Below are positions 17,595-26,979 of a stretch of DNA of 36,787 nucleotides, in pieces. A model generated the notes under the pieces. It did no database searches. It was not told the origin of the DNA and saw only the letters and a program-made list of their open reading frames with translations. The stretch is from Desulfuromusa sp. (GTDB taxonomy: Bacteria; Desulfobacterota; Desulfuromonadia; Desulfuromonadales; Geopsychrobacteraceae). Numbering within the stretch: position 1 is the stretch's first letter; each line of letters opens with the position of its first letter. The stretch lies in NCBI GenBank assembly GCA_029934755.1, contig JAOZLQ010000002.1:1-36787 (forward strand). The letters are read 5' to 3'. The position numbers and the translations under genes are program-made.

Positions 17595-18599
17595 GTGGAA
17601 AAGATACTCAGTAAAGAAGAGATCGCTGATCTCTTGTCAGCAGTTAGACATGGTGATGTTGACGTTGAATCAGTTGGGTCGGAATTTGAAGCGGCACCTG
17701 GTGAAGCAGGGACTTCCATGGCCGAAACCTGCAATCTATTCCAGTCTGCCGGCCCTGAAAGTTGGAAACTCAAAAATTACGATCTTATTCTTGATAACTT
17801 TGCCCGCAATTATGCCTTGTCCTTATCAACCCGTTTTCAGCGGGCTGCACACATTAAATTAGAAGCAATGGAGTCAATGCCTTTTGATGCGCTCTTACAG
17901 CGCCTATCTGGGCGTGGAGCTATCGGGGTGTTGCAACTGGAACCTCTTACTGGCGGGGGGTTGTTGGTTTTTGATGAGCAACTCTCTTTTGCGCTGGTTG
18001 AAATGGTTCTGGGGGGATCATCGGATGATCAGACGCTGATTCCAAACCGGGGAATGAGTGCGATTGAACTAAATGTCATTCGTGACGTTATCAATTCGGC
18101 CTGTCCAGAGTTAAACAAAGGATTTCTCCAGCTGCAGGAAATAAAAGCCTCTTTAGTTGAAGTGGTGAGTAACCTGCGGCTTCTTAATTTTGTCGGATCA
18201 GAAGTTGGTGTTGTTGCCGCTCGCTTTAAAGTCTCCATTGATAGTCTTGAAGGGGATATCACTCTTGTTGTCCCCCATTCAGCATTAGAACCATTACAAA
18301 AGAAGCAGCAGATTAAAGCTGTTCCGACCAGTGTCGTTCAGAACAGTAAATGGCAATCTTTGGTTTGTGATGAGCTGGATCATATGGAAGTTGAAATCGA
18401 GGCGATTCTGGCAACATTATCACTGCGGGTGCGGGACATCCTCAATTTTCAGGTTGGAGATGTTATTGATCTGGGTTGTAAGCCAGATACCCCACTACAG
18501 GTTATGATAGAAAAACGTCCTAAATTCCTCGGTCTGGCTGGGGTTCAGGGTGGTAAAAAAGCAATTCGAGTCATGGGGCGAATTCCCAATGGAGGATAG
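17595..18599 (+). CDS. fliM: Flagellar motor switch protein FliM
   Basis: N-terminal ILSKEEIADLL (CheY-binding-like), middle domain with LGG, C-terminal SpoA domain (QVGDVIDL). Confidence 0.92.
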   Translation: MEKILSKEEIADLLSAVRHGDVDVESVGSEFEAAPGEAGTSMAETCNLFQSAGPESWKLKNYDLILDNFARNYALSLSTRFQRAAHIKLEAMESMPFDALLQRLSGRGAIGVLQLEPLTGGGLLVFDEQLSFALVEMVLGGSSDDQTLIPNRGMSAIELNVIRDVINSACPELNKGFLQLQEIKASLVEVVSNLRLLNFVGSEVGVVAARFKVSIDSLEGDITLVVPHSALEPLQKKQQIKAVPTSVVQNSKWQSLVCDELDHMEVEIEAILATLSLRVRDILNFQVGDVIDLGCKPDTPLQVMIEKRPKFLGLAGVQGGKKAIRVMGRIPNGG

Positions 18600-18602
18600 A
18601 AG

Positions 18603-18929
18603 ATGAGTGATGTAAATCTTGAAAATGGACAACCTACGGAAGCTGCTGCTCCCAAGAATAGTTTTGACGATCGCGGAATTGATTTGCTGCTTGATATTCC
18701 TCTGGAAGTCTCAGTCGAGGTTGGCCGTTCTCGTATTCTTGTTCGCGACTTGTTGCAATTACAGGAAGGTTCTCTGGTTGAGCTCGATAAACTAGCTGGT
18801 GAACCGCTAGATCTTTATGTCAATTCGCGCCTTATTGCCCGTGGTGAAGCGGTCGTTGTCAATGAAAAATTCGGCTTGCGGTTGACCGACGTTGTCAGTC
18901 CCTCAGAACGTATTGAGAAATTGGGCTAA
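18603..18929 (+). CDS. fliN: Flagellar motor switch protein FliN
   Basis: LLDIPLEVSVEVG, LDKLAGEPLD, ARGEAVVVNEKFGLR. Confidence 0.97.
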   Translation: MSDVNLENGQPTEAAAPKNSFDDRGIDLLLDIPLEVSVEVGRSRILVRDLLQLQEGSLVELDKLAGEPLDLYVNSRLIARGEAVVVNEKFGLRLTDVVSPSERIEKLG

Positions 18930-18932
18930 CCG

Positions 18933-19304
18933 ATGCGGGTGCTAGTATTTTTCTTCATCTTTATAGCTCAACCAGTTTTTTCTGCTGACACCATAGCTGA
19001 GCCAAGCTTGCTTGGATCTTCTCTGAAGATGCTGGCTGCTTTGGGGGTTGTTATCGGTATTTTGTTGCTGCTTTATGCTGCTAGTCGCAAAGGTTTTGGC
19101 GTATTACCACAGAAAAAAAATAGTTTAATCCAAGTGTTGGAAACCCGACCTTTGGGGGGTAGAAAGTTTCTTTGTGTCGTTAAGGTCCGTGGAGAAGAGA
19201 TGCTGCTTGGTCTCAGTAATGACCGTATTGAATATTTGAGTCAACTGACTTCAAATGATAACTTTTCTGAAACATTGAAGCATGCCGAAGAAGGTCGATC
19301 ATGA
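18933..19304 (+). CDS. fliO: Flagellar biosynthesis protein FliO
   Basis: TM segment, IQVLETRPLGGRKFLCVVKV...LLG, located between fliN and fliP. Confidence 0.88.
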   Translation: MRVLVFFFIFIAQPVFSADTIAEPSLLGSSLKMLAALGVVIGILLLLYAASRKGFGVLPQKKNSLIQVLETRPLGGRKFLCVVKVRGEEMLLGLSNDRIEYLSQLTSNDNFSETLKHAEEGRS

Positions 19305-20038
19305 AACTGAAGCTTGCTTTCCTGTTGTTACTTTTATTAATGCCTCTGGCGGGTTATGCCGAAGGATTGCCGACTATAACTGTTGGGATTGGGGAAGCAA
19401 CTGATCCAGGAGAGGTATCCACAGCCCTACAAATTCTGGTTGTCCTGACGATTCTTTCCGTTGCCCCGGCAATTTTGTTGATGACGACCGGCTTTACCCG
19501 GATTGTCATTGTTTTGTCATTTGTACGTCAGGCAATGGGAACCCAATCTGCTCCCTCCAATCAGATTGTGATTGGTCTGGCTCTGTTTTTGACCTTCTTT
19601 GTTATGGCACCGGTCTTTAATCAGATCAATGAACAGGCATTGAAGCCCTATCTGGATCAAAAAATCAGTCAAGAACAAGCATTGGAGGAGGCTCTGCAGC
19701 CGATGCGTCAATTTATGTTCTCCCAGGTTGGTGAAAAAGATCTACAGTTATTGGTCGATATCTCAAAATCACCACAACCGGAGAACCAAGCTGATATTTC
19801 AATGTTGACCTTGATACCAGCATTTATGTTGTCCGAATTGAAACGTGCCTTTCAGATGGGTTTCCTCTTGTTTGTCCCTTTTCTGATGGTTGATATGATT
19901 GTCGCCTCGATTCTGATGTCGATGGGGATGATGATGTTGCCACCGATTATTGTATCTTTGCCGTTCAAGATTCTTCTTTTTGTTTTGGTTGATGGTTGGT
20001 CACTGGTGATTGGTTCGTTAGTTCAGAGTTTCGGATGA
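19301..20038 (+). CDS. fliP: Flagellar export gate protein FliP
   Basis: TGFTRIVIVLS, PAFMLSELKRAFQMGF, MGMMMLPP, LFVLVDGW. Confidence 0.97.
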   Translation: MKLKLAFLLLLLLMPLAGYAEGLPTITVGIGEATDPGEVSTALQILVVLTILSVAPAILLMTTGFTRIVIVLSFVRQAMGTQSAPSNQIVIGLALFLTFFVMAPVFNQINEQALKPYLDQKISQEQALEEALQPMRQFMFSQVGEKDLQLLVDISKSPQPENQADISMLTLIPAFMLSELKRAFQMGFLLFVPFLMVDMIVASILMSMGMMMLPPIIVSLPFKILLFVLVDGWSLVIGSLVQSFG

Positions 20039-20044
20039 GGTGGC

Positions 20045-20166
20045 AGGCGAATGAAAAGGTTGCAGCTGCTGCGTTACGCTCAAACTTCAGGTTTCGATGT
20101 GGAAATATCCACACCTCAACCTTCCATTTTTCGCAAGCCTTGCATCTCCAACCTTTTGATTCGCCT
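20045..20166. repeat. 122-bp palindromic REP/MITE-like intergenic element
   Basis: 18-bp terminal IR AGGCGAATGAAAAGGTTG / CAACCTTTTGATTCGCCT (1 mismatch), central TGTGGA-aata-TCCACA. Confidence 0.75.
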
Positions 20167-20192
20167 AGTTTAAAGAGTAGTGAGGTAATTAT

Positions 20193-20462
20193 ATGACTCC
20201 TGAATATGTTGTCAGTATTGGTCGGCAGGCAATTGAAACCACTCTGATGTGTTCTGCCCCTATGTTAATTGCGGCTCTGGGAATTGGTCTGGTTATCAGT
20301 ATTTTTCAAGCGGCGACACAAATCAACGAACAGACCATGACATTTATCCCGAAGATTGTGGGAGTTTTTGTTACCATGCTGATTTTCGCTCCTTGGATTT
20401 TGCAAAAAGCAACCGCTTTTTTGATCTCAATTTTTGATCAACTGCCGACTATTGGCCCATAA
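20193..20462 (+). CDS. fliQ: Flagellar export gate protein FliQ
   Basis: SIFQAATQINEQTMTFIPKI. Confidence 0.97.
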   Translation: MTPEYVVSIGRQAIETTLMCSAPMLIAALGIGLVISIFQAATQINEQTMTFIPKIVGVFVTMLIFAPWILQKATAFLISIFDQLPTIGP

Positions 20463-20478
20463 CCGGGATTTGTAGAGT

Positions 20479-21255
20479 ATGGATCTCCCGGATTTTTCTT
20501 TGCCCTTGATTCAAGGATTTCTGATCTGCCTGGCACGGGTGGCGGCTATGTTTGCTGCTATTCCGGTGTTTAGTGGCGGGCAAATTCCACCGCAGATGCG
20601 ACTGGGTATCGCTGTATTGTTCTCGATGCTGACCTATCCGCTGGTGAAAGATTTTATTCCGACAGAAAGTTTGACCCCACTTGATTTAGGATTGCTGATA
20701 TCTGCAGAGATTATTCTAGGATTATTGGTTGGTTTTTTGGCTCAGTTGGCATTTATGGCAGCAGAATTTGCCGGTTCGCTGATTGGTTACCAAATGGGCT
20801 TTGCTGCCGCTAATATTTTCGATCCGTCAACGCAATCACAGGTTGCTCTGATTTCTCGATTTCAGGGAATATTTGCCATTCTGTTGTTTCTTTCCCTTGA
20901 TATTCATCACCTTTTTCTTGAAGCCATTGTTGCCTCTTTTGAAATGCTTCAGCCAGGAAGTTTGACTCTGTCGGGGGGAGCTATCCCAATGATTATTGAG
21001 GTGGCAAATCATTCCCTTATTCTGAGTATCCGGCTGGTGGCACCAATTCTGGCTCTTTTAATTTTATCCACCTTGACTTTAGGAATCATGTCGCGGGTAT
21101 TTCCTCAGCTTAACGTATTTATGATCTCCTTTCCCATCAATATAGGAATCTCCTTTATCGTCATGGGTTTGACCCTCGGTATCGTGGCAAGTCTTCTCCA
21201 AGGAGAATTTTCCTCACTTCCGGAACGATTCTTGAATCTCTTCAGCTTGATGTAG
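20479..21255 (+). CDS. fliR: Flagellar export gate protein FliR
   Basis: AGSLIGYQMGF, IFDP, SRVFPQLNVFMISFP. Confidence 0.96.
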   Translation: MDLPDFSLPLIQGFLICLARVAAMFAAIPVFSGGQIPPQMRLGIAVLFSMLTYPLVKDFIPTESLTPLDLGLLISAEIILGLLVGFLAQLAFMAAEFAGSLIGYQMGFAAANIFDPSTQSQVALISRFQGIFAILLFLSLDIHHLFLEAIVASFEMLQPGSLTLSGGAIPMIIEVANHSLILSIRLVAPILALLILSTLTLGIMSRVFPQLNVFMISFPINIGISFIVMGLTLGIVASLLQGEFSSLPERFLNLFSLM

Positions 21256-21323
21256 CTTTTTTAACCAAAATTGCCAAAAATCTGTCACTACCAATTTTGT
21301 ATTTACTACTGATCTTTCACTAA

Positions 21324-21431
21324 CCCTTCTCCCTTAGGGAGAAGGTGGCCATAGGCCGGATGAGGGGGGAATATTCAGGTGCTCTTGCACACGATCCCCC
21401 TCACCCTAGCCCTCTCCCTCAGGGAGAGGGA
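21324..21431. repeat. Inverted pair of CCCTCTCCC-N3-GGGAGAGGG-type palindromic repeats
   Basis: Hairpins CCTTCTCCC-tta-GGGAGAAGG (21325-21345) and CCCTCTCCC-tca-GGGAGAGGG (21410-21430), inner IR TGAGGGGG/CCCCCTCA. Confidence 0.75.
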
Positions 21432-21463
21432 ATATCGTTAATTTGTTCAGGAGAAGAAAATAG

Positions 21464-22522
21464 ATGGCTGAAGAGTCGGGCCAAGAACGTACCGAAGAAG
21501 CAACTGCAAAGCGTCGCCAGGATTTTCGTGAGAAAGGTCAGGTTGCGCAAAGCAAAGAGGTGGCAACAGCAGCATTGTTGACCTTTTCTCTGTTGCTTTG
21601 GGTTGTTTATGCCCGTCATTTCTGGGCTGATCTAGAGAACCTATATGCGGGCTTGTTGCGGATGATGGCCACGTTTCAAGTAACGCCATTGGGAGTTATC
21701 AGTCTCGCCTGGGATATGGGGACACTGATGGCAAAACTTCTCTGGCCGGTATTTCTGCTCACTATGTTGGTTGGTTTTTTCTCCTCCTTTCTTCAGGTTG
21801 GGCCCCTTTTTTCCACCAAAGTCTTTCAGCCTGATCTCAACAAATTTGATCCAATTAAGGGGATGGCAAAATTTGTTTCCAAGCGTTCAGCCGTCGAACT
21901 GGTCAAATCTCTGGCGAAGATAACGTTAATAGGGTTTGTTGCCTATAAAACTGTTGCCAACGAATTTGAGACAGCTTTGACCCTGTCGCTGCTTGATATT
22001 AACCAGACCTTGATTTTTATTGGACAGGTTGCCTTTCTGGTTATGGGGAAAACTTGTGGGATTATGATTGCCCTGGCGGTGATCGATTTTGCTTTTTCTC
22101 GCTATGAGATGGAGCAAAAAATGAAGATGACCAAACAGGAGATTAAGGAAGAGTTTAAAGAGACGGAAGGGGATCCACAACTTAAAGCCCGGGTTCGAGC
22201 GGTACAACAACAGATGGCGCGTAAAAGGATGATGGCAGAGGTTCCTAACGCAGACGTTATTGTCACCAACCCGACTCACTTATCAGTCGCAATTTCCTAT
22301 CGAAGAAGTGAAATGGACGCTCCAATAATTGTCGCTAAAGGAGCCGATCATCTGGCCTTTCGGATTCGTGAAATCGCGAAGGAACACAAGGTTCCAATCA
22401 TCGAAAACAAGCCGGTGGCACGAGCCTTGTACAAGCAAGAGGTTGGGGAGACAGTTCCCGAAGAAATGTTTACTGCTGTGGCTGAACTTTTGGCTTATGT
22501 CTACAGCCTGAAGAATCGTTAA
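21464..22522 (+). CDS. flhB: Flagellar export switch protein FlhB
   Basis: ERTEEATAKR, EGDPQLK, autocleavage NPTH, VAKG. Confidence 0.97.
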   Translation: MAEESGQERTEEATAKRRQDFREKGQVAQSKEVATAALLTFSLLLWVVYARHFWADLENLYAGLLRMMATFQVTPLGVISLAWDMGTLMAKLLWPVFLLTMLVGFFSSFLQVGPLFSTKVFQPDLNKFDPIKGMAKFVSKRSAVELVKSLAKITLIGFVAYKTVANEFETALTLSLLDINQTLIFIGQVAFLVMGKTCGIMIALAVIDFAFSRYEMEQKMKMTKQEIKEEFKETEGDPQLKARVRAVQQQMARKRMMAEVPNADVIVTNPTHLSVAISYRRSEMDAPIIVAKGADHLAFRIREIAKEHKVPIIENKPVARALYKQEVGETVPEEMFTAVAELLAYVYSLKNR

Positions 22523-22632
22523 CATGCTGATATTTAAACACTTATTATACAAAGAATAGAAATAATGACAGGTTTCTCTTAAGCCAAAAGCTTGACATGA
22601 CCCTGTCAGAATTCAGTCTTGATGGAGAAAAT

Positions 22633-24723
22633 ATGGCAACAATAGATGGAATCATCAACAATCGCTGGCGAGAAACGCTATTCCGTAGTGATGTGTTGGT
22701 TGCAGTTGGTCTGGTGATGATTTTGATGTTGATGATTTTACCAGTACCACCAATGTTGCTCGATATTTTTCTGTCGTTGAATATTACTATTGGTTTGTTG
22801 ATTCTGATCATTACTCTCTATACGTCTCGGGCTCTTGATTTTGCAGTTTTCCCAAGTGTCCTCCTGATAACGACCCTGTTTCGCCTTTCTCTTAATGTTG
22901 CTTCAACACGTTTGATTCTATTGCATGGAGATGAAGGCCCGTCTGCTGCCGGAAGTGTTATTCAGTCTTTTGGTCAGTTTGTTGTTGGTGGGAACTATGT
23001 GGTTGGGGTTGTCATTTTCATTATTCTAGTACTGATTAATTTTATGGTTATTACCAAGGGTGCTGGACGGGTTGCTGAAGTTGCTGCCCGTTTTACTTTG
23101 GATGCGATGCCTGGCAAGCAGATGGCGATTGATGCCGATTTGAATGCGGGGTTACTCAGCGATGAAGAGGCACGTTCACGCCGCAAGGAAATTGCTTCTG
23201 AATCCGATTTCTATGGGGCAATGGATGGTGCCAGCAAGTTTGTTAAAGGGGATGCTATTGCTGGAATCATTATTACTTTAATCAATATTGGTGCTGGTTT
23301 TGTTATCGGTGTGGTGCAGAAAGGGATGCCGGCGGCTGAAGCGGCTGCAAATTATACCATCTTGACTGTTGGTGACGGGCTAGTTGGACAGATCCCCGCG
23401 CTGATTATTTCAACGGGTGCCGGTATCATGGTTACTCGAACGACTGGTGATGGTGATTTTGGAACCGAACTGAAACGTCAATTCACAATCCATCCACGCG
23501 CTCTATGGGTGGTTTCAGGGATTCTTCTCGGTTTCGCTCTGATTCCGGGGTTGCCGCAACTTCCGTTTTTCCTCCTCTCAATGATACTTGCCTGGATTGC
23601 CTGGCAGGTACAAAAATCACATGAACAGATGGATGAACAGAAAGAACTTGAATCTGCTCCGGCGCCCAAACTTTTGGAAGAAGAAAATTATGAGCAGATG
23701 CTTTCTGTCGATATGCTGGAGATGGAGGTTGGTTACGGATTGATTCCATTGGTTGATACGGCTCAGAACGGGGAACTATTGCCACGGATTAAATCGATCC
23801 GGCGCCAGTTTACCCTCGATATGGGCTTTATTGTCCCGCCAGTGCATATCAAGGATAATTTACAGTTGAAACCAAATGAATACGCCATTGTCCTCAAAGG
23901 GGTGAAGATTGGTGGCGGAGAACTTCTTCCCGGCCACTTTCTGGCAATGAATCCCGGCACGGCAACGGAAGTTATCAAGGGTGTCGAAACGGTTGAGCCA
24001 GCTTTTAATTTGCCAGCTGTCTGGATCTCTGAAGATAAGAAGGAACGTGCTCAGATTTCAGGTTATACCGTTGTTGATAATACCACCGTTGTTGCAACCC
24101 ATTTGAGTGAATTGATCAAAACTCATGGCCATGAGTTACTTGGCCGCCAGGAAACCCAAAATCTGCTGGATAACTTAGGCAATGAATATCCGAAGTTGGT
24201 GGAAGAGCTGGTTCCTGCTCTTCTGAGCCTTGGCGTGGTGATGCGTGTCTTACAAAATTTACTCCGTGAAGGGGTTTCAATTCGTGATCTTAGAACTATT
24301 TTAGAAACTTTGGCAGATTGGGCACCGGTTGTGCAAGACCCTGATCAACTGACCGAACATGTACGCGCCATATTGGCTCGTTCAATCAGTAATAGCTATA
24401 GCGATGATGGGCAGGTATTGGAAGTGATGACCTTTGATCGAAATGTTGAAACACAAATTCAGGAAGCGTTGCACAGTACGGAACAAGGGGCTTATCTGGC
24501 TTTGGAGCCTGGCTTTGCTCAGGCGTTGATCAACAGTTTGACCAAGGCGCTACAGAATGCTGCTGGAGCAAATCCAGTGCTTCTCTGTACGCCAACAATC
24601 CGACTTCATGTCAAAAGGTTGACCGAACGCTACCTGCCGAGTCTGGCAATTATCTCTCACAACGAGATCGCACCCCATTTGAAAGTGCGATCGATAGGAA
24701 CGGTGACTGTCGATGTTGGTTAG
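22633..24723 (+). CDS. flhA: Flagellar export protein FlhA
   Basis: RVAEVAARFTLDAMPGKQMAIDADL, FYGAMDGASKFVKGDA. ATG 22633 chosen for SD GGAG. Confidence 0.97.
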   Translation: MATIDGIINNRWRETLFRSDVLVAVGLVMILMLMILPVPPMLLDIFLSLNITIGLLILIITLYTSRALDFAVFPSVLLITTLFRLSLNVASTRLILLHGDEGPSAAGSVIQSFGQFVVGGNYVVGVVIFIILVLINFMVITKGAGRVAEVAARFTLDAMPGKQMAIDADLNAGLLSDEEARSRRKEIASESDFYGAMDGASKFVKGDAIAGIIITLINIGAGFVIGVVQKGMPAAEAAANYTILTVGDGLVGQIPALIISTGAGIMVTRTTGDGDFGTELKRQFTIHPRALWVVSGILLGFALIPGLPQLPFFLLSMILAWIAWQVQKSHEQMDEQKELESAPAPKLLEEENYEQMLSVDMLEMEVGYGLIPLVDTAQNGELLPRIKSIRRQFTLDMGFIVPPVHIKDNLQLKPNEYAIVLKGVKIGGGELLPGHFLAMNPGTATEVIKGVETVEPAFNLPAVWISEDKKERAQISGYTVVDNTTVVATHLSELIKTHGHELLGRQETQNLLDNLGNEYPKLVEELVPALLSLGVVMRVLQNLLREGVSIRDLRTILETLADWAPVVQDPDQLTEHVRAILARSISNSYSDDGQVLEVMTFDRNVETQIQEALHSTEQGAYLALEPGFAQALINSLTKALQNAAGANPVLLCTPTIRLHVKRLTERYLPSLAIISHNEIAPHLKVRSIGTVTVDVG

Positions 24724-26083
24724 AAAATTTGAAGCGGAAAATATGGCGGCTGCACTCCAGCAGGTGAAGCAAACCCTTGGCTCTGAGGCACTGATTCTCT
24801 CGACCAGAACTATTGGTAAAAAAGGTCTAGGTGTGTTGGGGAAGCAGATTATTGAGGTGACAGCCGCAATTGAATCTCCATCCATGAAAGATGGTTTTCG
24901 TAAAGCGGTACCAAATACAGAAGTAAAACCAGCTACTCTTGGGACGATTCCTGCTGCATATAGCCGTCGGGTAGAAACTCTTGAAGATGAGCAGGTGTCT
25001 TTATCAAAAGCGGCGGTAAATCAAAAAATAGAAATTAGAAGTAATCCGCTTGAAGATGAAGTTCGTCAGCTGCGTTCACAGCTGGAAGCCCAAAATGTCA
25101 ATCAGTTGCAAGCTGAGATTAACCAGTTGAAGGAGTTGATGCAGCAATTGGCTCAGGCACAATTGGAGAGTCGAGTTGCAGTAGCGGCCAGACCAGTTTC
25201 ACAACAGGTTCAAGCACTGCAAGAAGTAAAGGCCCAACAAGCAGCTCCTTTGACTCAATTGAAACCATCTTCTGAACAATCTCTTGAAGATCTTCTGGAC
25301 CTGATGGTGGAACGCGGTATCGACCGTGAAGCTGCTGTAACGATAGCCCGATTTGCTGCACCGCAGATGAATGAACGGCAACGTCAAGAGCCGGATCAAT
25401 GCCGTGATTTTTTGACCGCAACAATTGCAAATCTGGTGCAGACCACTGGATCGCTCTGGTCTCCAGGTGATCCGCAGAAGCGTATTTCTCTGATCGGTGC
25501 AACGGGGGTTGGAAAAACGACAACCATTGCCAAGCTTGCGGCAGAGGCAATCACTCAAAGTGGCGCTCGGGTTGCTTTGGTGACCATTGATACCTACCGA
25601 ATTGCAGCAGTCGAACAACTGAAAGTTTATGGAGAAATTATGGGTTTGCCCGTTGAAGTTGTTCTTTCTCCTGAACAGTTACAGGAAGCATTCCGCCGTC
25701 ATCGTGATAAAGATCTTATTTTGATTGATACCGCCGGTCGCAGTCCCCGTGATCAGGTACGAATTGATGAATTAAACCAATTTCTTGGCAGCGAGTCGAA
25801 GGTTGAGAATTGCCTGGTGCTGGCTGCTCCCACTGAAGAACGATTACAGCAGAAAACCTTGGATGCATTCAGTCCTATTCCTCTTTCACGATTAATCTTT
25901 ACTAAACTTGATGAGGCTGATCGCTATGGGTCTTTAATTAATGTGCCGATTCGCAGCAATCTGCCCTTGGCTTACTTGACCAATGGTCAACAGGTTCCTG
26001 AAGATTTGTTGCGAGCAGAGCCAAAAATGGTTGCCAGCCTGGTGATGGAGACAGCGACTGAACTACGGAGGGTGGCAGTATGA
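24713..26083 (+). CDS. flhF: SRP-family GTPase FlhF
   Basis: GATGVGKTTT, DTYRIAAVEQL, DTAGRS, TKLDE, GQQVPEDL. Confidence 0.96.
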   Translation: MLVRKFEAENMAAALQQVKQTLGSEALILSTRTIGKKGLGVLGKQIIEVTAAIESPSMKDGFRKAVPNTEVKPATLGTIPAAYSRRVETLEDEQVSLSKAAVNQKIEIRSNPLEDEVRQLRSQLEAQNVNQLQAEINQLKELMQQLAQAQLESRVAVAARPVSQQVQALQEVKAQQAAPLTQLKPSSEQSLEDLLDLMVERGIDREAAVTIARFAAPQMNERQRQEPDQCRDFLTATIANLVQTTGSLWSPGDPQKRISLIGATGVGKTTTIAKLAAEAITQSGARVALVTIDTYRIAAVEQLKVYGEIMGLPVEVVLSPEQLQEAFRRHRDKDLILIDTAGRSPRDQVRIDELNQFLGSESKVENCLVLAAPTEERLQQKTLDAFSPIPLSRLIFTKLDEADRYGSLINVPIRSNLPLAYLTNGQQVPEDLLRAEPKMVASLVMETATELRRVAV

Positions 26084-26979
26084 TGAGTGGCTCCATGGAT
26101 CAAGCTGGGACTTTGAGAAATATGCAGAATCAGCTGGATGTGGCTGACGCTGAAATACAGATGCCCGCAACTCGAGTTTTATCGATTACCAGTGGCAAAG
26201 GTGGAGTTGGAAAAACTGCCGTTGTTTCAAATGTTGCTGTGGCTTTGGCCAAGCAAGGGAAAAAGGTTCTGGTTATTGATGCTGATTTGGGACTAGCAAA
26301 TATTGATGTGGTTCTTGGTATTTCCCCAGAATATAATCTTAACCATTTTTTCAATGGCGAACGGACTTTGGAAGAGGTGATGGTTGAAGGGCCCTACGGA
26401 TTAAAAATACTGCCTGCCGGATCTGGAGTACAGCAGTATACCCGTCTTGATGCCCAGTTGAAAATGCGTCTGATTGATTCATTGGATGCCCTTGAAGAGC
26501 ATTTTGATGTGGTGTTGATTGATACCGAAGCAGGCATCTCCGATAACGTTACCTATTTCAACGTTGCTGCCCAGGATATTCTCGTGGTGACGACCCCAGA
26601 ACCGACAGCCATTACCGATGCCTACGCTCTAATGAAACTACTTTCGACTCAATACCATCAAAAACGGTTTATGCTGGCTGTGAATTCAGTACGAGGGGCG
26701 GACGAGGGGCTGGATGTTTTTGAAAAGTTGACCATGGTTTCAGGTCGCTACCTTGATATTTTTCTCGATTATCTTGGCTGTATTCCTTTTGACAGAAAAA
26801 TGCATGAGTCAGTACGTCAGCAACAGGTGATGGTCGATCTCTACCCTGACAACAAAGTTGCAAAATCATTTAACACTTTGGCCAAAAATTTGATTGATGC
26901 GCCGGTTGATAATCAGGCGCAGGGGACCCTGCAATTTTTCTGGAAACAGTTTCTCGGAGTTGGTACGGAGGCGAGTTGA
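26080..26979 (+). CDS. flhG: MinD-like flagellar number regulator FlhG/FleN
   Basis: N-terminal DQAGTLR, deviant Walker A SGKGGVGKT, DADLGLAN, PEPTAITDAY. Confidence 0.94.
   Translation: MMSGSMDQAGTLRNMQNQLDVADAEIQMPATRVLSITSGKGGVGKTAVVSNVAVALAKQGKKVLVIDADLGLANIDVVLGISPEYNLNHFFNGERTLEEVMVEGPYGLKILPAGSGVQQYTRLDAQLKMRLIDSLDALEEHFDVVLIDTEAGISDNVTYFNVAAQDILVVTTPEPTAITDAYALMKLLSTQYHQKRFMLAVNSVRGADEGLDVFEKLTMVSGRYLDIFLDYLGCIPFDRKMHESVRQQQVMVDLYPDNKVAKSFNTLAKNLIDAPVDNQAQGTLQFFWKQFLGVGTEAS

Noticed and set aside
5333-20166. The ~125-bp palindromes as integron attC sites or CRISPR repeats
   Set aside because: There are no RYYYAAC/GTTRRRY ends, no cassette array, no regularly spaced direct repeats and no intI or cas genes.
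19996-20196. Small ORFs over the palindromic spacers (19996..20196, 21345..21581, 31109..31336) and the 31164 extension of flgI
   Set aside because: They are translations of repeat DNA or overlap real genes, with no SD or family motifs.
22416-22431. TGGCACGAGCCTTGTA as an internal sigma-54 promoter for flhA
   Set aside because: It lacks the -12 GC and is explained by the conserved FlhB VARAL codons.
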